DNA of 64,000 nt from Dehalococcoidia bacterium UBA7891 (GTDB lineage: Bacteria; Chloroflexota; Dehalococcoidia; Lucifugimonadales; UBA826): the NCBI GenBank assembly GCA_002500485.1, contig DLRJ01000117.1, positions 69,226-133,225 of the forward strand, given 5' to 3'. The notes beneath the pieces were generated by a model, which was not told where the DNA came from, did no database searches, and worked only from the letters and a program-made list of their open reading frames with translations. Numbering within the stretch: position 1 is the stretch's first letter; each line of letters starts with the position of its first letter. The translations under genes were made by a program, and so were the position numbers. Shown here piece by piece: positions 25,607 through 35,519 of the stretch.

Positions 25607-26587
25607 ATGAAATATTCAGATTTTTCAGTTAATGATATTAATTTGTCTGTCATAGGCTTTCCCTTGTGGACTTTGGCGACCAAAGGCTGGGGGAAAAAAG
25701 ATCCTAGCATTGCCATTTATTTATTGCAGCAAGCGTTTAATCAAGGCATAAATTTTTTTGATACTGCAGATTCTTATGGTAAGGGGTACGGGGAAGAATT
25801 AATTCGAGAAGCACTCTCTCCAATAAGGAAAGAAATTGTTATATCCACAAAATTTGGGTTCGACTTTTATTCACCTCAATTGAACGTTGATGGTGGAGAC
25901 GGCAAAAACTTTGACCCCGAATATGTTTCTTATGCCTGTGAACAGTCTTTACGCCGCCTTGGGACTGATTACATTGATATGTATCTTGTCCATTATCCGT
26001 CTTATACTGAGGTCGAGAATGACGATTTATACGAGGTGCTCGAAAGACTTGTAGACACAGGCAAGATTTTGAGGTTTGGCCTAGCAATCGATGATCGCCC
26101 TGAAGCTACAGAAATAGCTAGTCTGCTCCTTTCGGAAAGAGAGTTAGGTTTAATTCATGCCCCATATAGTTTGCTGGAGCAGGACTTAGTTTCAAGTCTT
26201 TCGGAAATAGGCGGCGACTTAACTGTGATAGCCAGAAGAGTACATGCTTTCGGTCTGCTAGATGATTCTTACGACCCCAAAATGCTCGAAGGTTCTAACC
26301 TTGCTCAACAAGAAGGTCATCCTGTATTCAAAAATGTCTTAGCAAGGAGACCATATTACGATTTCCTTTCAGATAGTTTTGAGGAAAACATTTCAGATAT
26401 CGCCTTGAGATTCGCGATAACAAATCGAGATATTGCTTCGGTACTTCCAAACATCAATGATATTGGAGACTTGTCGGATTACTCTTTGTCGGCCGATAAA
26501 TCAGATTTGGATGACGGACTAATGCAAATGATATGTGATGTATTTCAAGACCAGAAAGAAAGTGAGCAAAAAGAGGAATATGAATAA
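25607..26587 (+). CDS. aldo/keto reductase
   Basis: FFDTADSYG, catalytic-tetrad context (D-Y-K-H: STKFG, LVHYP), TIM-barrel length, acidic tail. Confidence 0.85.
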   Translation: MKYSDFSVNDINLSVIGFPLWTLATKGWGKKDPSIAIYLLQQAFNQGINFFDTADSYGKGYGEELIREALSPIRKEIVISTKFGFDFYSPQLNVDGGDGKNFDPEYVSYACEQSLRRLGTDYIDMYLVHYPSYTEVENDDLYEVLERLVDTGKILRFGLAIDDRPEATEIASLLLSERELGLIHAPYSLLEQDLVSSLSEIGGDLTVIARRVHAFGLLDDSYDPKMLEGSNLAQQEGHPVFKNVLARRPYYDFLSDSFEENISDIALRFAITNRDIASVLPNINDIGDLSDYSLSADKSDLDDGLMQMICDVFQDQKESEQKEEYE

Positions 26588-26604
26588 AAGCTAACGAGCC
26601 CATG

Positions 26605-27066
26605 TTAGTTGGCCTGTTTTTGCTTTTTAGCTCTTTTCATTTCGTCCTCAATCAACTTGAAGTCTCTACTGGGTAGTAAATGTATTCGATCCCAAAAAGC
26701 TAGGGGCCAATCTTCGGGAGCCCATCTCTTCACGTACTCTAAACTTGGCCCTAATTGAAGGCCGTCTATGTATTGTTCTTCCTCTAAAACATAGTCAGGT
26801 TTCAAAGAGATCCTGAATTTATATTCCCTGGGTTTATCTATAGGAACCCAAATTGGAGACTCATCCTCAAAATAGTCGGAGATTATGGTGGCGGATGCGG
26901 TCCAACATTTTCTATTCCTGTCAAAAAAGATCACTCGATCTTTTGCATGCATTCTTTGGGCCCGTCTTTTATATTTAGCGCTCATGCCAAATACCTTGTA
27001 GCCTTTCTTCCGTGTAATAGCAGAATTTTCGCTGTTGTCCACAAACATCCAATAATTGGAGCCCAT
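26605..27066 (-). CDS. EVE/PUA-like domain protein
   Basis: N-terminal YWMFV... and the overall 150-aa pattern resemble EVE (ASCH/PUA-like) domains. Lys-rich tail. Assignment is from memory only. Confidence 0.5.
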   Translation of the reverse strand: MGSNYWMFVDNSENSAITRKKGYKVFGMSAKYKRRAQRMHAKDRVIFFDRNRKCWTASATIISDYFEDESPIWVPIDKPREYKFRISLKPDYVLEEEQYIDGLQLGPSLEYVKRWAPEDWPLAFWDRIHLLPSRDFKLIEDEMKRAKKQKQAN

Positions 27067-27258
27067 CTTTTTCCCCTATTTTCTCTACTCTGAGATTACT
27101 ATGTTTAGTTTTGGCAGAGGGAGTGTTTTTCACATTATTGTACATCTGTTTTGAAGGGTCTCTTTATAGAGGATGCGAGCTTGTAGGATGAACGTATAAA
27201 ATGACTCTTGTATTGTGATGATTATTAATATCTCGGTAAGTCAGATCGGCTAATTTCT

Positions 27259-27933
27259 ATGAACGGTTTTTCAGCGATAATTTTAGGTGCGGGCACTGGA
27301 AACAGAATGCGTGGCATCGATAAAATACTGACCACTATTTGTGGGCTGCCGGTGATATTGCATTCTGTAGATGAATTTCTTAGATCGGGAATCTTTGAAA
27401 CAATGACAGTGGTGGCTAACGCGAACAATATTTCCAAGCTGGAACATTTGATGTCTGGCCCCCAATATCGCACGGTTCAGGTGATTCTAGGAGGCATTCG
27501 GAGACAAGATTCTGTTAAAAATGCTCTAGCTACTACCAATACTGCCGACTATGTGATGATTCATGATGGTGCTAGGCCTTGTGTATCTATTGATCTTATA
27601 GAACGCGCTGCTAAGGCGACTCAAACCTCAGATGCGGCGATACCTGTGCTACCAGTTACAGATACTATAAAGAGAGTAAAAGACTTTAAGGTTGTGTCCA
27701 CTGTAGATAGATCCAATCTTTATTTGACCCAAACACCTCAGGTCTTCAAATATTCCAGCATAGCTAAATTTCATAAAATGTTTGGGGCTAATGTTACAGA
27801 TGACTCCTTGCTGGTAGAAATGTCTGAAACTGACGTTTCTACCTTTGAGGGAGATCCTGAGAATATAAAAATAACGAATCCAATAGATATTGAAATTGCA
27901 GAAACTATTTTACAGAGACGCAAAAATACATGA
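27259..27933 (+). CDS. ispD: 2-C-methyl-D-erythritol 4-phosphate cytidylyltransferase
   Basis: AIILGAGTGNRM, GG.RQDSV, HDGARP and TQTPQ.F motifs. Confidence 0.9.
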   Translation: MNGFSAIILGAGTGNRMRGIDKILTTICGLPVILHSVDEFLRSGIFETMTVVANANNISKLEHLMSGPQYRTVQVILGGIRRQDSVKNALATTNTADYVMIHDGARPCVSIDLIERAAKATQTSDAAIPVLPVTDTIKRVKDFKVVSTVDRSNLYLTQTPQVFKYSSIAKFHKMFGANVTDDSLLVEMSETDVSTFEGDPENIKITNPIDIEIAETILQRRKNT

Positions 27934-28415
27934 ATATTATTCGCACTGGTATTGGAGTTGATATACACAGGTTAGAAAAAGGCGAGTCCTTGATTTTGGG
28001 GGGGGTGGAAATCCCATCTCAATATGGTTTGCTGGGGCATAGTGATGGTGACGTCCTGATACATTCAATCATAGATGGGCTTTTAGGTGCGGCAAATTTA
28101 GGTGATATCGGCAGGTATTTCCCTCCTACTAAAGCAGAATATAAAGGGATAAGTAGCCAAAAGTTACTAGAAATTGCTTTAAGTAGAGTTGTAGAGGAAG
28201 GATGGAAGCCTGTGTTTGTGGATGCTACAATCGTTGCCGAAAAACCACTGGTCGCGGAATTTATACCACAAATGACATTTAACATAGCGCATGCTATTAA
28301 CTTAGCTCCAAAAGACATCAGTATTAAAGCAACTACGGCTGATGGGTTGGGATATATCGGTAGGGGAGAGGGTATTTCCTGCCAGGCTATAGTTACTATC
28401 CAAAAACCAGAATGA
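27930..28415 (+). CDS. ispF: 2-C-methyl-D-erythritol 2,4-cyclodiphosphate synthase
   Basis: GIGVDIHRL...GHSDGDVLIHSIIDGLLGA..LGDIG. 4-nt overlap with ispD. Confidence 0.95.
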   Translation: MNIIRTGIGVDIHRLEKGESLILGGVEIPSQYGLLGHSDGDVLIHSIIDGLLGAANLGDIGRYFPPTKAEYKGISSQKLLEIALSRVVEEGWKPVFVDATIVAEKPLVAEFIPQMTFNIAHAINLAPKDISIKATTADGLGYIGRGEGISCQAIVTIQKPE

Positions 28416-29770
28416 GACTGTACAACACACTGAATAGGAAAGTAGAAGAACTTGTTGTAGAAGACAATACGGTTAACATGTATGTTTGCGGTATAACTCC
28501 CTATGCACCTTCTCATTTGGGCCATGCCATGTGTGCGATAGTTTTTGATGTCATTAGACGATATCTGGAATACAAAGGATATAAAGTTCATTTCATACAA
28601 AACTTTACTGATATAGACGACAAGATGATAACCGCCGCCAATGAGGAAGGGATTGAAGTGTCAGCATTGGCAGAACGAAATATTCAGGCTTACCTCTCAG
28701 AATTGGGACAACTGAATGTGCTTCAGGCTTCAGAATACCCAAGAGCTACTGAAGAGATCAGTTCCATTATAGCCGTCATTACTGACTTGATTGAGAAAAA
28801 CTATGCATATGCAATTTCTGGTGACGTTTATTTCAGGGTAAAGGAAGATGAAGACTATGGGAAGTTAAGCAGGAGGAATGTTGATGAACTGTTAGCTGGC
28901 GCTAGATTGGAAATAGAAGAGACTAAGGAAAACCCTGCAGATTTCGCTCTATGGAAAAGTCAAAAACCAGGGGAACCAGCTTGGGATAGCCCTTGGGGGC
29001 AGGGACGTCCAGGATGGCACATAGAATGTACTGCCATGTCGTTAACGTACCTTAATAATAGAGTTGATATTCATGGTGGTGGTCAAGATTTGGTGTTCCC
29101 ACATCACGAAAATGAAATTGCTCAATCTGAGTCATACACAGGCGTTGAACCTTTTGCCCGATATTGGATGCATAATGGTACTTTAGGCTATGGTCAAGAA
29201 AAAATGAGCAAATCTTTAGGGAATGTATTTTCCATTGCAGAAGCCTTAGAAGAATTCTCCTCTGACGCCCTTAGAATGTTTTTCTTAAGTTCACACTACA
29301 GGACGCCATTAGTGTTCAGCAATGAATCTGTCAAAGGGCAACAACGGGCCATGGAAAGATTGAAATCTGCCTTGGAGTCGCCTTCTGGTGAAGGAACTGT
29401 TCTTGATACAAAGACCTACCAGAATCGATTTAAATCAGCGATGGATGAGGATTTCAACACTCCAATTGCTATGTCGGTGATTTTTGATCTTGCCAGAGAC
29501 ATTAATAGAGAGTCTACCAAGGGATTAAATGTAGAAGCGGCCCAGGAATTACTTGGTGATTTGGCTGAAGTTTTGGGATTGACCTTAAAAAGTGATGATT
29601 CGGAATTTGAGGGGAATTTAGCACCGTTTATTGATTTGTTGTTGGATGTTCGAGAAGGACTTAGAAAAGAAAAACAATTTGAATTATCGGACCGTATTAG
29701 AGATAGGTTGGACGACCTAGGGGTATCAATAGAAGATACGACAACCGGGGTTCGGTGGAAATTGGATTAA
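28412..29770 (+). CDS. cysS: cysteine--tRNA ligase
   Basis: MYVCGITPYAPSHLGHA (HIGH), GWHIECTAM, KMSKSLGN. 4-nt overlap with ispF. Confidence 0.95.
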   Translation: MRLYNTLNRKVEELVVEDNTVNMYVCGITPYAPSHLGHAMCAIVFDVIRRYLEYKGYKVHFIQNFTDIDDKMITAANEEGIEVSALAERNIQAYLSELGQLNVLQASEYPRATEEISSIIAVITDLIEKNYAYAISGDVYFRVKEDEDYGKLSRRNVDELLAGARLEIEETKENPADFALWKSQKPGEPAWDSPWGQGRPGWHIECTAMSLTYLNNRVDIHGGGQDLVFPHHENEIAQSESYTGVEPFARYWMHNGTLGYGQEKMSKSLGNVFSIAEALEEFSSDALRMFFLSSHYRTPLVFSNESVKGQQRAMERLKSALESPSGEGTVLDTKTYQNRFKSAMDEDFNTPIAMSVIFDLARDINRESTKGLNVEAAQELLGDLAEVLGLTLKSDDSEFEGNLAPFIDLLLDVREGLRKEKQFELSDRIRDRLDDLGVSIEDTTTGVRWKLD

Positions 29771-29791
29771 AATTGTGAGCAGTTAGGGGTG

Positions 29792-30010
29792 TTAGAACCA
29801 ACTGCTGGCGCTGATGATGGAAACGGCGATGAAGACGACAACTAACGCGATGGTAAATCGAAATAATGCTAGTTCTATGCCTCTCCTTGTTCTAAAAGAA
29901 GATTCGGCAGCCCCGAATAAAGCAGTCCCTTGACCTTTTACCTGCATAAGTATCACGGCAATCAGCAGTAGAGATATAGAAATCATTATTATGTTTATTG
30001 CGGTATCCAT
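29792..30010 (-). CDS. secG: preprotein translocase subunit SecG
   Basis: 72 aa with two TM helices. ILMQVKGQG...FG......RRG.E..L.R.T is the SecG signature region. Confidence 0.8.
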   Translation of the reverse strand: MDTAINIIMISISLLLIAVILMQVKGQGTALFGAAESSFRTRRGIELALFRFTIALVVVFIAVSIISASSWF

Positions 30011-30051
30011 TCAGTAATTATACTCCTACTTTGGAGGATGTTGCGAGGACA

Positions 30052-30993
30052 TTACCCTAAGTAATTTCTCATTATGAATTTTGCTAATTTATCTGAATCG
30101 TGTCTAACTTTATGTTTTTCGTCCAATAAATCAGAAGTTACAATTAAATGCTTAGTTGAGCCAGTATTTGGGTCAACAGCCTCACCTCTGAATTGTTTAC
30201 CGATGCTACCAATATTATCATTGGCTATTATCATATCCAGAATACCTGGCCCCAGATAACTTTCTAGCACATCTATGTGTTTTACAACGTTGAAATGCTG
30301 GGTTTCCCCGATTTCGGTCGCTACATTACAAATATAATATTTAATACCTTTTGATCCGGAGATTGCATCTACAATTCCCGGTACCATCAAATTGGGCAAT
30401 ATACTTGTATATAAGCTTCCGGGGCCTATGACTATCAAATCTGCTCCAAATATGGCTTTAATAGCTGCCGGTGAGGCTTCAGCATCAGGCGGGTCTATAA
30501 ATAACTCTTTGATTTCAGATGAACTTTCTTTGACGTTTGATTCCCCTTTTATGAATCGGCCATCGGCTAACTTCACGGATAAATTCACATTTTCTATTGT
30601 TGCTGGGAGTACCCGACCGGTAACTGATAATATTCTACTGGACTCTGTGAGAGCATCCTCAAAACTATTAGTTACATCTGTCATTGCGGCTATAAAAAGA
30701 TTGCCAAAACTATGCCCTTGCAGTTCAGATCCTTCTGGAAATCGGTATTGAAATAATTCTTTTAGTAAGGAATCTTCGTCTGATAACGCAACGATACAGT
30801 TTCTGAAGTCGCCGGGTGGAATAATACCCATTTCCCGACGTAATCTTCCAGAACTGCCCCCATCGTCTGCAACCCCAATTATTGCAGTTATTCGTTGGGT
30901 GTGTTGTTTGAGTCCTTTCAATAATACCGACAGTCCTGTGCCACCGCCTATTGCTACTATATGAGGGGTTTTAGTTTTGGAGCTGTCGTTCAT
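30052..30993 (-). CDS. YvcK-like gluconeogenesis factor (UPF0052/CofD-fold)
   Basis: IVAIGGGTGLSVLLKGLK, VADDGGSSGRLRREMGIIPPGDFRNC and IGPGSLYTSI are YvcK-type motifs. Confidence 0.85.
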   Translation of the reverse strand: MNDSSKTKTPHIVAIGGGTGLSVLLKGLKQHTQRITAIIGVADDGGSSGRLRREMGIIPPGDFRNCIVALSDEDSLLKELFQYRFPEGSELQGHSFGNLFIAAMTDVTNSFEDALTESSRILSVTGRVLPATIENVNLSVKLADGRFIKGESNVKESSSEIKELFIDPPDAEASPAAIKAIFGADLIVIGPGSLYTSILPNLMVPGIVDAISGSKGIKYYICNVATEIGETQHFNVVKHIDVLESYLGPGILDMIIANDNIGSIGKQFRGEAVDPNTGSTKHLIVTSDLLDEKHKVRHDSDKLAKFIMRNYLG

Positions 30994-31027
30994 AATTAAT
31001 TTTGAATTAAGATCGGAATAACTAAAC

Positions 31028-32512
31028 TTACTGGGTTTTTTGTTTAATTAGTGCTGAGGTAACCATTTTCGAAGCAACTTGTGGGTTAGCTTGACCCTTG
31101 GTTTTTTTCATGACCTGGCCTACCAAATATCTCACTGCGGAATCTTTTCCGTTTAAATAATCGTCAACAGCACTTTGGTTTTCAAGAAGTGTTTCTGTAA
31201 CTACATTTTGAATGGAGGAAGCATCATTTATTTGAGATAAGCCCTTATCCTCTGAAATTTTTATTGGATCACCACCATTGACAAACATATCGTCAAATAC
31301 AGTTTTCGCCATCGAATTACTTATTTTGCCATCGTCTACAAGTATAATTAACTTGGCGAATTCTTTTGGGTTAAGCTTTATTTCGGGCCAATTATATTTG
31401 AGTTCATTTTTCATCCTGTTTAAATCAACATTTATCCAATTGGCTGTCGCCTTTGCCGCATCCTTCTGATCCATCGATTCAGAGAGGTAGGGTAAGGTGT
31501 TTTCAAATAGTTGGGTTGATTCTTTATCACCAATCATGACCGAGGCATCGTAATCAGATAAACCGAATAGATCAATATATCGCTCTTTTTTCTTAGCGGG
31601 AAGCTCGGGCATCTCAGACTGGATACTTTTTACCCATTCATTTGAGATTAATATTGGAGGCAAGTCAGGTTCAGGAAAATATCTGTAGTCAGCAGCGTAT
31701 TCTTTGGTACGTTGGCTCAGGGTCGTACCTCTATCGTCTGACCACCCGCGAGTCTCTTGTTCAATATTGTGGCCTGCATCCAATAATTTTCGCTGTCTAG
31801 TCTCCTCATATTTCAGAGCCCTAAATACAGATCTGAAACTATTGACATTTTTAATTTCCACTTTAGAACCAAGTTTCTTTGAACCAAGAGGTCTCACACT
31901 AATGTTGGCATCGCACCTAAAGCTGCCTTCCTCCATATTTGCAGTGCTTGTCTCCACGAACCTTATTATCGAATGTAGGTTAGTTAAATATTCGTTTGCC
32001 TCCTCAGGACTGTTCATATCTGGTTCACTCACAATTTCCATCAAAGGAACCCCGGCTCTGTTAATATCAAGCAGGCTGTATGTTTCTCCATTCGGTTCCT
32101 TTCGGTGTACTAGTTTAGCCACATCTTCTTCCAAATGTACTCGGGTTATTCGAATGTATTTCCCCCCCGTCTCTGGAGTCTTTATTGACAATCTTCCACC
32201 GAGGGCTATAGGAATATCAAACTGAGATATTTGATATCCCTTCATAAGGTCAGGATATGGGTAGTTTTTTCGGTCAAATTTTGTTTCTGGCGAAATCTCG
32301 CATTCTAAGGCCAGCCCAGTTTTAATTACTAGATTAACCGCTTTCTTGTTCACTACTGGTAGAACTCCGGGCATACCCATGCAAACGGGACAGACTCGGG
32401 TATTTGGTTCTGAATCTTGGTAATCCGAACCACAAGGGCAGAACATTTTGCTCAAGGTAAGAAGTTGAGAATGAACCTCCAGACCAATTACTGTTTCATA
32501 CTTGTCGGTCAT
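31028..32512 (-). CDS. gatB: Asp/Glu-tRNA(Asn/Gln) amidotransferase subunit B
   Basis: YETVIGLEVHSQL, CPVC.G.PG.LP, RCDANISV and a C-terminal YqeY-like tail. Confidence 0.95.
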   Translation of the reverse strand: MTDKYETVIGLEVHSQLLTLSKMFCPCGSDYQDSEPNTRVCPVCMGMPGVLPVVNKKAVNLVIKTGLALECEISPETKFDRKNYPYPDLMKGYQISQFDIPIALGGRLSIKTPETGGKYIRITRVHLEEDVAKLVHRKEPNGETYSLLDINRAGVPLMEIVSEPDMNSPEEANEYLTNLHSIIRFVETSTANMEEGSFRCDANISVRPLGSKKLGSKVEIKNVNSFRSVFRALKYEETRQRKLLDAGHNIEQETRGWSDDRGTTLSQRTKEYAADYRYFPEPDLPPILISNEWVKSIQSEMPELPAKKKERYIDLFGLSDYDASVMIGDKESTQLFENTLPYLSESMDQKDAAKATANWINVDLNRMKNELKYNWPEIKLNPKEFAKLIILVDDGKISNSMAKTVFDDMFVNGGDPIKISEDKGLSQINDASSIQNVVTETLLENQSAVDDYLNGKDSAVRYLVGQVMKKTKGQANPQVASKMVTSALIKQKTQ

Positions 32513-32613
32513 AATTTTTGTATACCAGTCCCTGACTAGACGTTTGTTTATTTTACAACGTAACCGAAATTCTTAGAAAGGCATTAATATTAAACCTAAT
32601 GTGATACTACACT

Positions 32614-33669
32614 TCAGGAGCGAGGGACGTTAAAAACATTGAATTTTGTATATTGTACCGGAGACAATTGTACTTTTAATCCAGGGAAGAGAGTGGTGTG
32701 TATTTTGTGTTTACATTGAATGACCTCTTCCTGGGGGGTTTTGACCCAGAATATTGTTTCGTCTCCTCTGAAATCTTTCCGCACCACTATATTTTTGCCG
32801 GTTGGTGTTGGTTCCATAGAAAGATCTGTCTGTCTTATCGCCACCTCTACTTCATCTCCATCGGAAAACGCTTCAGGTATTCTCATGGGTAGGGGGCCGA
32901 TGCTTGTGTTAACAGACCCTCCAGAGACGGAGCCTTTTATAAAATCACAGCTTCCACTCATCAAGGCAGACTCTTTACTATTGGGCCAGAAATATATTTG
33001 ATCGGGAGGTCCCACTTGCTGGATGGCCCCATCAACCATAATAGCTACCCGATCTGAAATAGAAAAAGCCTCTTCTCTATCGTGGGTTACGAATATCGTA
33101 GCCGTATTACTAGATTTTAGGATTTGTTCCATTTCCATTCTTACCGATAAACGTAAGGAAGCATCGAGATTAGAGAAAGGTTCATCCATCAGCAAAACAG
33201 TAGGGCTGGGAGCTAGGGTCCTGGCAATGGCGACTCTTTGTTGTTGACCACCTGATAGTTGATGTGGATACCTATCCATTAGTCCCTTGAGCCGGGTTAA
33301 CTGTTGAACCCTTTCTAAATTATCATCTTGTATTCTCTGTTCGAGATTTGAAATACCGAACAGTATATTTTTTTCCACAGTTAAATGAGGAAACAAGGCG
33401 TAATCTTGGAATATCATCCCTATGTTTCTATTTGATGGTTGTAAATTAATATTTGGCCCAAAGATTTCATGATTTTTGAGAAAAATGCTTCCCTGGGAAG
33501 GAATTTCTAGACCTGCGATTATTCTAAGAAGTGTGGTTTTGCCGCACCCGCTGGGACCAAGTATAGAAAGTATTTCACCTGCCAACAAATGCATATTTAG
33601 GTTTTTTATAACGTGATTCTGCCCATATTTAATGTTCAGATCACTACATTTCAAAAGAGCATCGACCAA
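32614..33669 (-). CDS. ABC importer ATP-binding protein (FbpC/PotA/ThiQ-like)
   Basis: GPSGCGKTT, LSGGQQQRVAIAR, LLMDEP and a C-terminal TOBE-like regulatory domain. Confidence 0.9.
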   Translation of the reverse strand: MVDALLKCSDLNIKYGQNHVIKNLNMHLLAGEILSILGPSGCGKTTLLRIIAGLEIPSQGSIFLKNHEIFGPNINLQPSNRNIGMIFQDYALFPHLTVEKNILFGISNLEQRIQDDNLERVQQLTRLKGLMDRYPHQLSGGQQQRVAIARTLAPSPTVLLMDEPFSNLDASLRLSVRMEMEQILKSSNTATIFVTHDREEAFSISDRVAIMVDGAIQQVGPPDQIYFWPNSKESALMSGSCDFIKGSVSGGSVNTSIGPLPMRIPEAFSDGDEVEVAIRQTDLSMEPTPTGKNIVVRKDFRGDETIFWVKTPQEEVIQCKHKIHTTLFPGLKVQLSPVQYTKFNVFNVPRS

Positions 33670-33673
33670 TTAT

Positions 33674-35293
33674 CTATTCACCCCATGAATTATTGAAGAT
33701 GTTGTTTTTCAAAACTATTACAGTTAGCGGTATCGATGATAGTAAAATTAGCAAAAGTGAAGGTATAGCGGCTCTTGCGAAAAATGCTTCTGAAGTAAAT
33801 GACCAAATCGCAGTAGTGAGGGTATGAAAATCCAAAGGGGCTAGTAGAAGAACCGCTGGTAGCTCCTTCATCGTTATTAAAAATACAGTCACAGAAGCCA
33901 TTGTAACTCCAGATTTAAGGAGAGGCACATTGGTCGTAATGACAGATTTAATACGGCTTTTACCGAGGGTCATTGATGACTCCTCATACCTTGGGCTTAT
34001 TTGGGTCATAGATGACCTTATTGCACTCAACCCTGTAGGCATACACAAGACAGCGCAGGCCATCACCAATAAATATATTGATTGGTAGATGGGGGACCCT
34101 ATTTTCGATCCCAAAAAAACGAGTGCCAAAGAAACTGCGATGCTGGGCAATGCATAACCTGTGTAACACATCTTTTCGATGGTACTTGATAAAAAGCCAG
34201 AATGTCTGATTGCTAAATAACCCACCGGTAAGGATAAGGTAACTACTACAGCTGCTGTGAGTACAGAAAGCATGATGGAATTCAGAACTAAAATATGATT
34301 GGATTCTGCGCTTAAAATAGCCGCTGACTCCCCGTGATACAGCCCCCTGAGTACCCAATAAAGTAGGACTAATATCGGTATTGCGACAGATAGCAGAGAT
34401 ATCACAGCGCACAACCCGGCAGCCGGCCATCGCCATTTTCCTATATCTATCACGGGGAGTTTTTTTGATGCGCTACTTGAATTTTTGTAGTATTTTTTGT
34501 TTCCCCTAACTATAAGTTCAAAGAACATAAATCCGGTAGCCACAATAAACAATGTTAGCGATAACAATGCGGCCGTACTTCTATCAAATCCAGATTCATA
34601 TTGAGTATAAATTGACCAAGTGAAAGTTTTGTAACGAAGTAAAGAAACAGCACCAAAATCACTCAGTGTATATAAAGTAACTAATAGTGATCCTGATAGG
34701 ATCGCAGGTTTGATTGAAGGTATGGTTACCTTGATTAGAGTTTGAAAGTGACTCAAACCCATCATTTTGGCAGTTTCTTCCCCAGACACATCCATATTTG
34801 ATAAATTCGACCTAATTGTAAGTATTATGTAGGGGAAATTGAGTAGACTTAAAGTTACTAGGCTTCCATAATACCCGTACATAGTAGGTACACTACCAAC
34901 GTCAAAGAAAGTCCCTGTGATTTCATGTAAAAGACCTCCATTTCCGCTGAACGATATGAGAATGTATGCTCCGACATAACTAGGTATCACGAGCGGTAGA
35001 AAGGTAAGAACTGACCATAGCTTGCGGTATGGTAAATTAGTGCGGATTGTCAACCACGCGATTGGCACTGCTATAACGGCCGAAAACATGGTAACGGTGA
35101 TAGCTAAGAATATAGATCTCGTAAAGATCATGACCGTTTTGGGCCTCATAAGCCATGCCCATACAGATGAGTCTGAATCCACAACCCGATTTATGAGATA
35201 AATTAATGGGGTTATACACACCATAGCTGCAATTAGCGATGGTATTAAAATCCACATTGAAGTGTTGATAACTACTGGTCTTGTTAAAGTCAA
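33674..35293 (-). CDS. ABC importer permease, fused double-domain (FbpB/ThiP-like)
   Basis: 539 aa, about 12 TM helices. Two copies of the EAA-type loop region (EETAKMMGLS..., EESSMTLGKS...). TTG start. Confidence 0.85.
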   Translation of the reverse strand: MTLTRPVVINTSMWILIPSLIAAMVCITPLIYLINRVVDSDSSVWAWLMRPKTVMIFTRSIFLAITVTMFSAVIAVPIAWLTIRTNLPYRKLWSVLTFLPLVIPSYVGAYILISFSGNGGLLHEITGTFFDVGSVPTMYGYYGSLVTLSLLNFPYIILTIRSNLSNMDVSGEETAKMMGLSHFQTLIKVTIPSIKPAILSGSLLVTLYTLSDFGAVSLLRYKTFTWSIYTQYESGFDRSTAALLSLTLFIVATGFMFFELIVRGNKKYYKNSSSASKKLPVIDIGKWRWPAAGLCAVISLLSVAIPILVLLYWVLRGLYHGESAAILSAESNHILVLNSIMLSVLTAAVVVTLSLPVGYLAIRHSGFLSSTIEKMCYTGYALPSIAVSLALVFLGSKIGSPIYQSIYLLVMACAVLCMPTGLSAIRSSMTQISPRYEESSMTLGKSRIKSVITTNVPLLKSGVTMASVTVFLITMKELPAVLLLAPLDFHTLTTAIWSFTSEAFFARAAIPSLLLILLSSIPLTVIVLKNNIFNNSWGE

Positions 35294-35314
35294 TGCTAGC
35301 TGATTTTCCTCGGA

Positions 35315-35345
35315 ATTATAGCGATAATTGAAGTATCCATGTCAA
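35315..35345 (-). promoter_or_regulatory. candidate sigma70-type promoter for the ABC importer operon
   Basis: On the minus strand, TTGACA (35345-35340), a 19-nt spacer, then TATAAT (35320-35315), about 20 nt upstream of the permease TTG start. Both hexamers are perfect but the spacer is long. Confidence 0.3.
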
Positions 35346-35519
35346 GATTGAAGAATCATAAGAATTTTATAGTAAGTATAGTCTAATTTAATAAGAAAGT
35401 ATGAACTAATGAATATAGTTTCGTAGAACATACTCTTAAATTTCCTCTTCTGAATTGCTGTTTTTCCCTACTGAACGTAGAATGCGCTCTCAAACAGAAG
35501 GCATTGAAGGGGGACTAAA

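Noticed and set aside
28019-28600. 193-aa minus-strand ORF across ispF/cysS. Similar long ORFs: 31704..32225(+), 62601..63161(+), 11732..12265(+), 12671..13057(-), 33984..34436(-), 42102..42539(+), 9313..9744(+).
   Set aside because: All lie antisense to, or out of frame within, genes with unmistakable family motifs. Their products are Ser/Pro/Leu/Ile-rich low-complexity strings with no motifs or RBS. They are the shadow ORFs expected opposite real genes in AT-rich DNA.
30052-30993. A CofD (F420 biosynthesis, LPPG:FO transferase) assignment, which would fit the nearby PPOX/LLM putative F420 enzymes.
   Set aside because: The motifs VADDGGSSGRLR and PPGDFRNC are those of the YvcK/UPF0052 branch, not CofD.
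35294-35519. Possible riboswitch (TPP, cobalamin) in the long leader of the ABC importer. Likewise a SAM or cobalamin riboswitch upstream of the methyltransferase cluster (20387..20506).
   Set aside because: I could not find the conserved cores (the CUGAGA / ACCUGAUCUGGAUAAUGCC-type TPP elements, the GCCACUG B12 box, or SAM-II/V-like AAAGCU pseudoknot elements) on either strand. Only promoter-like hexamers are present, including a perfect TATAAT at 20424-20419 with a poor -35. A covariance-model scan is still advisable.
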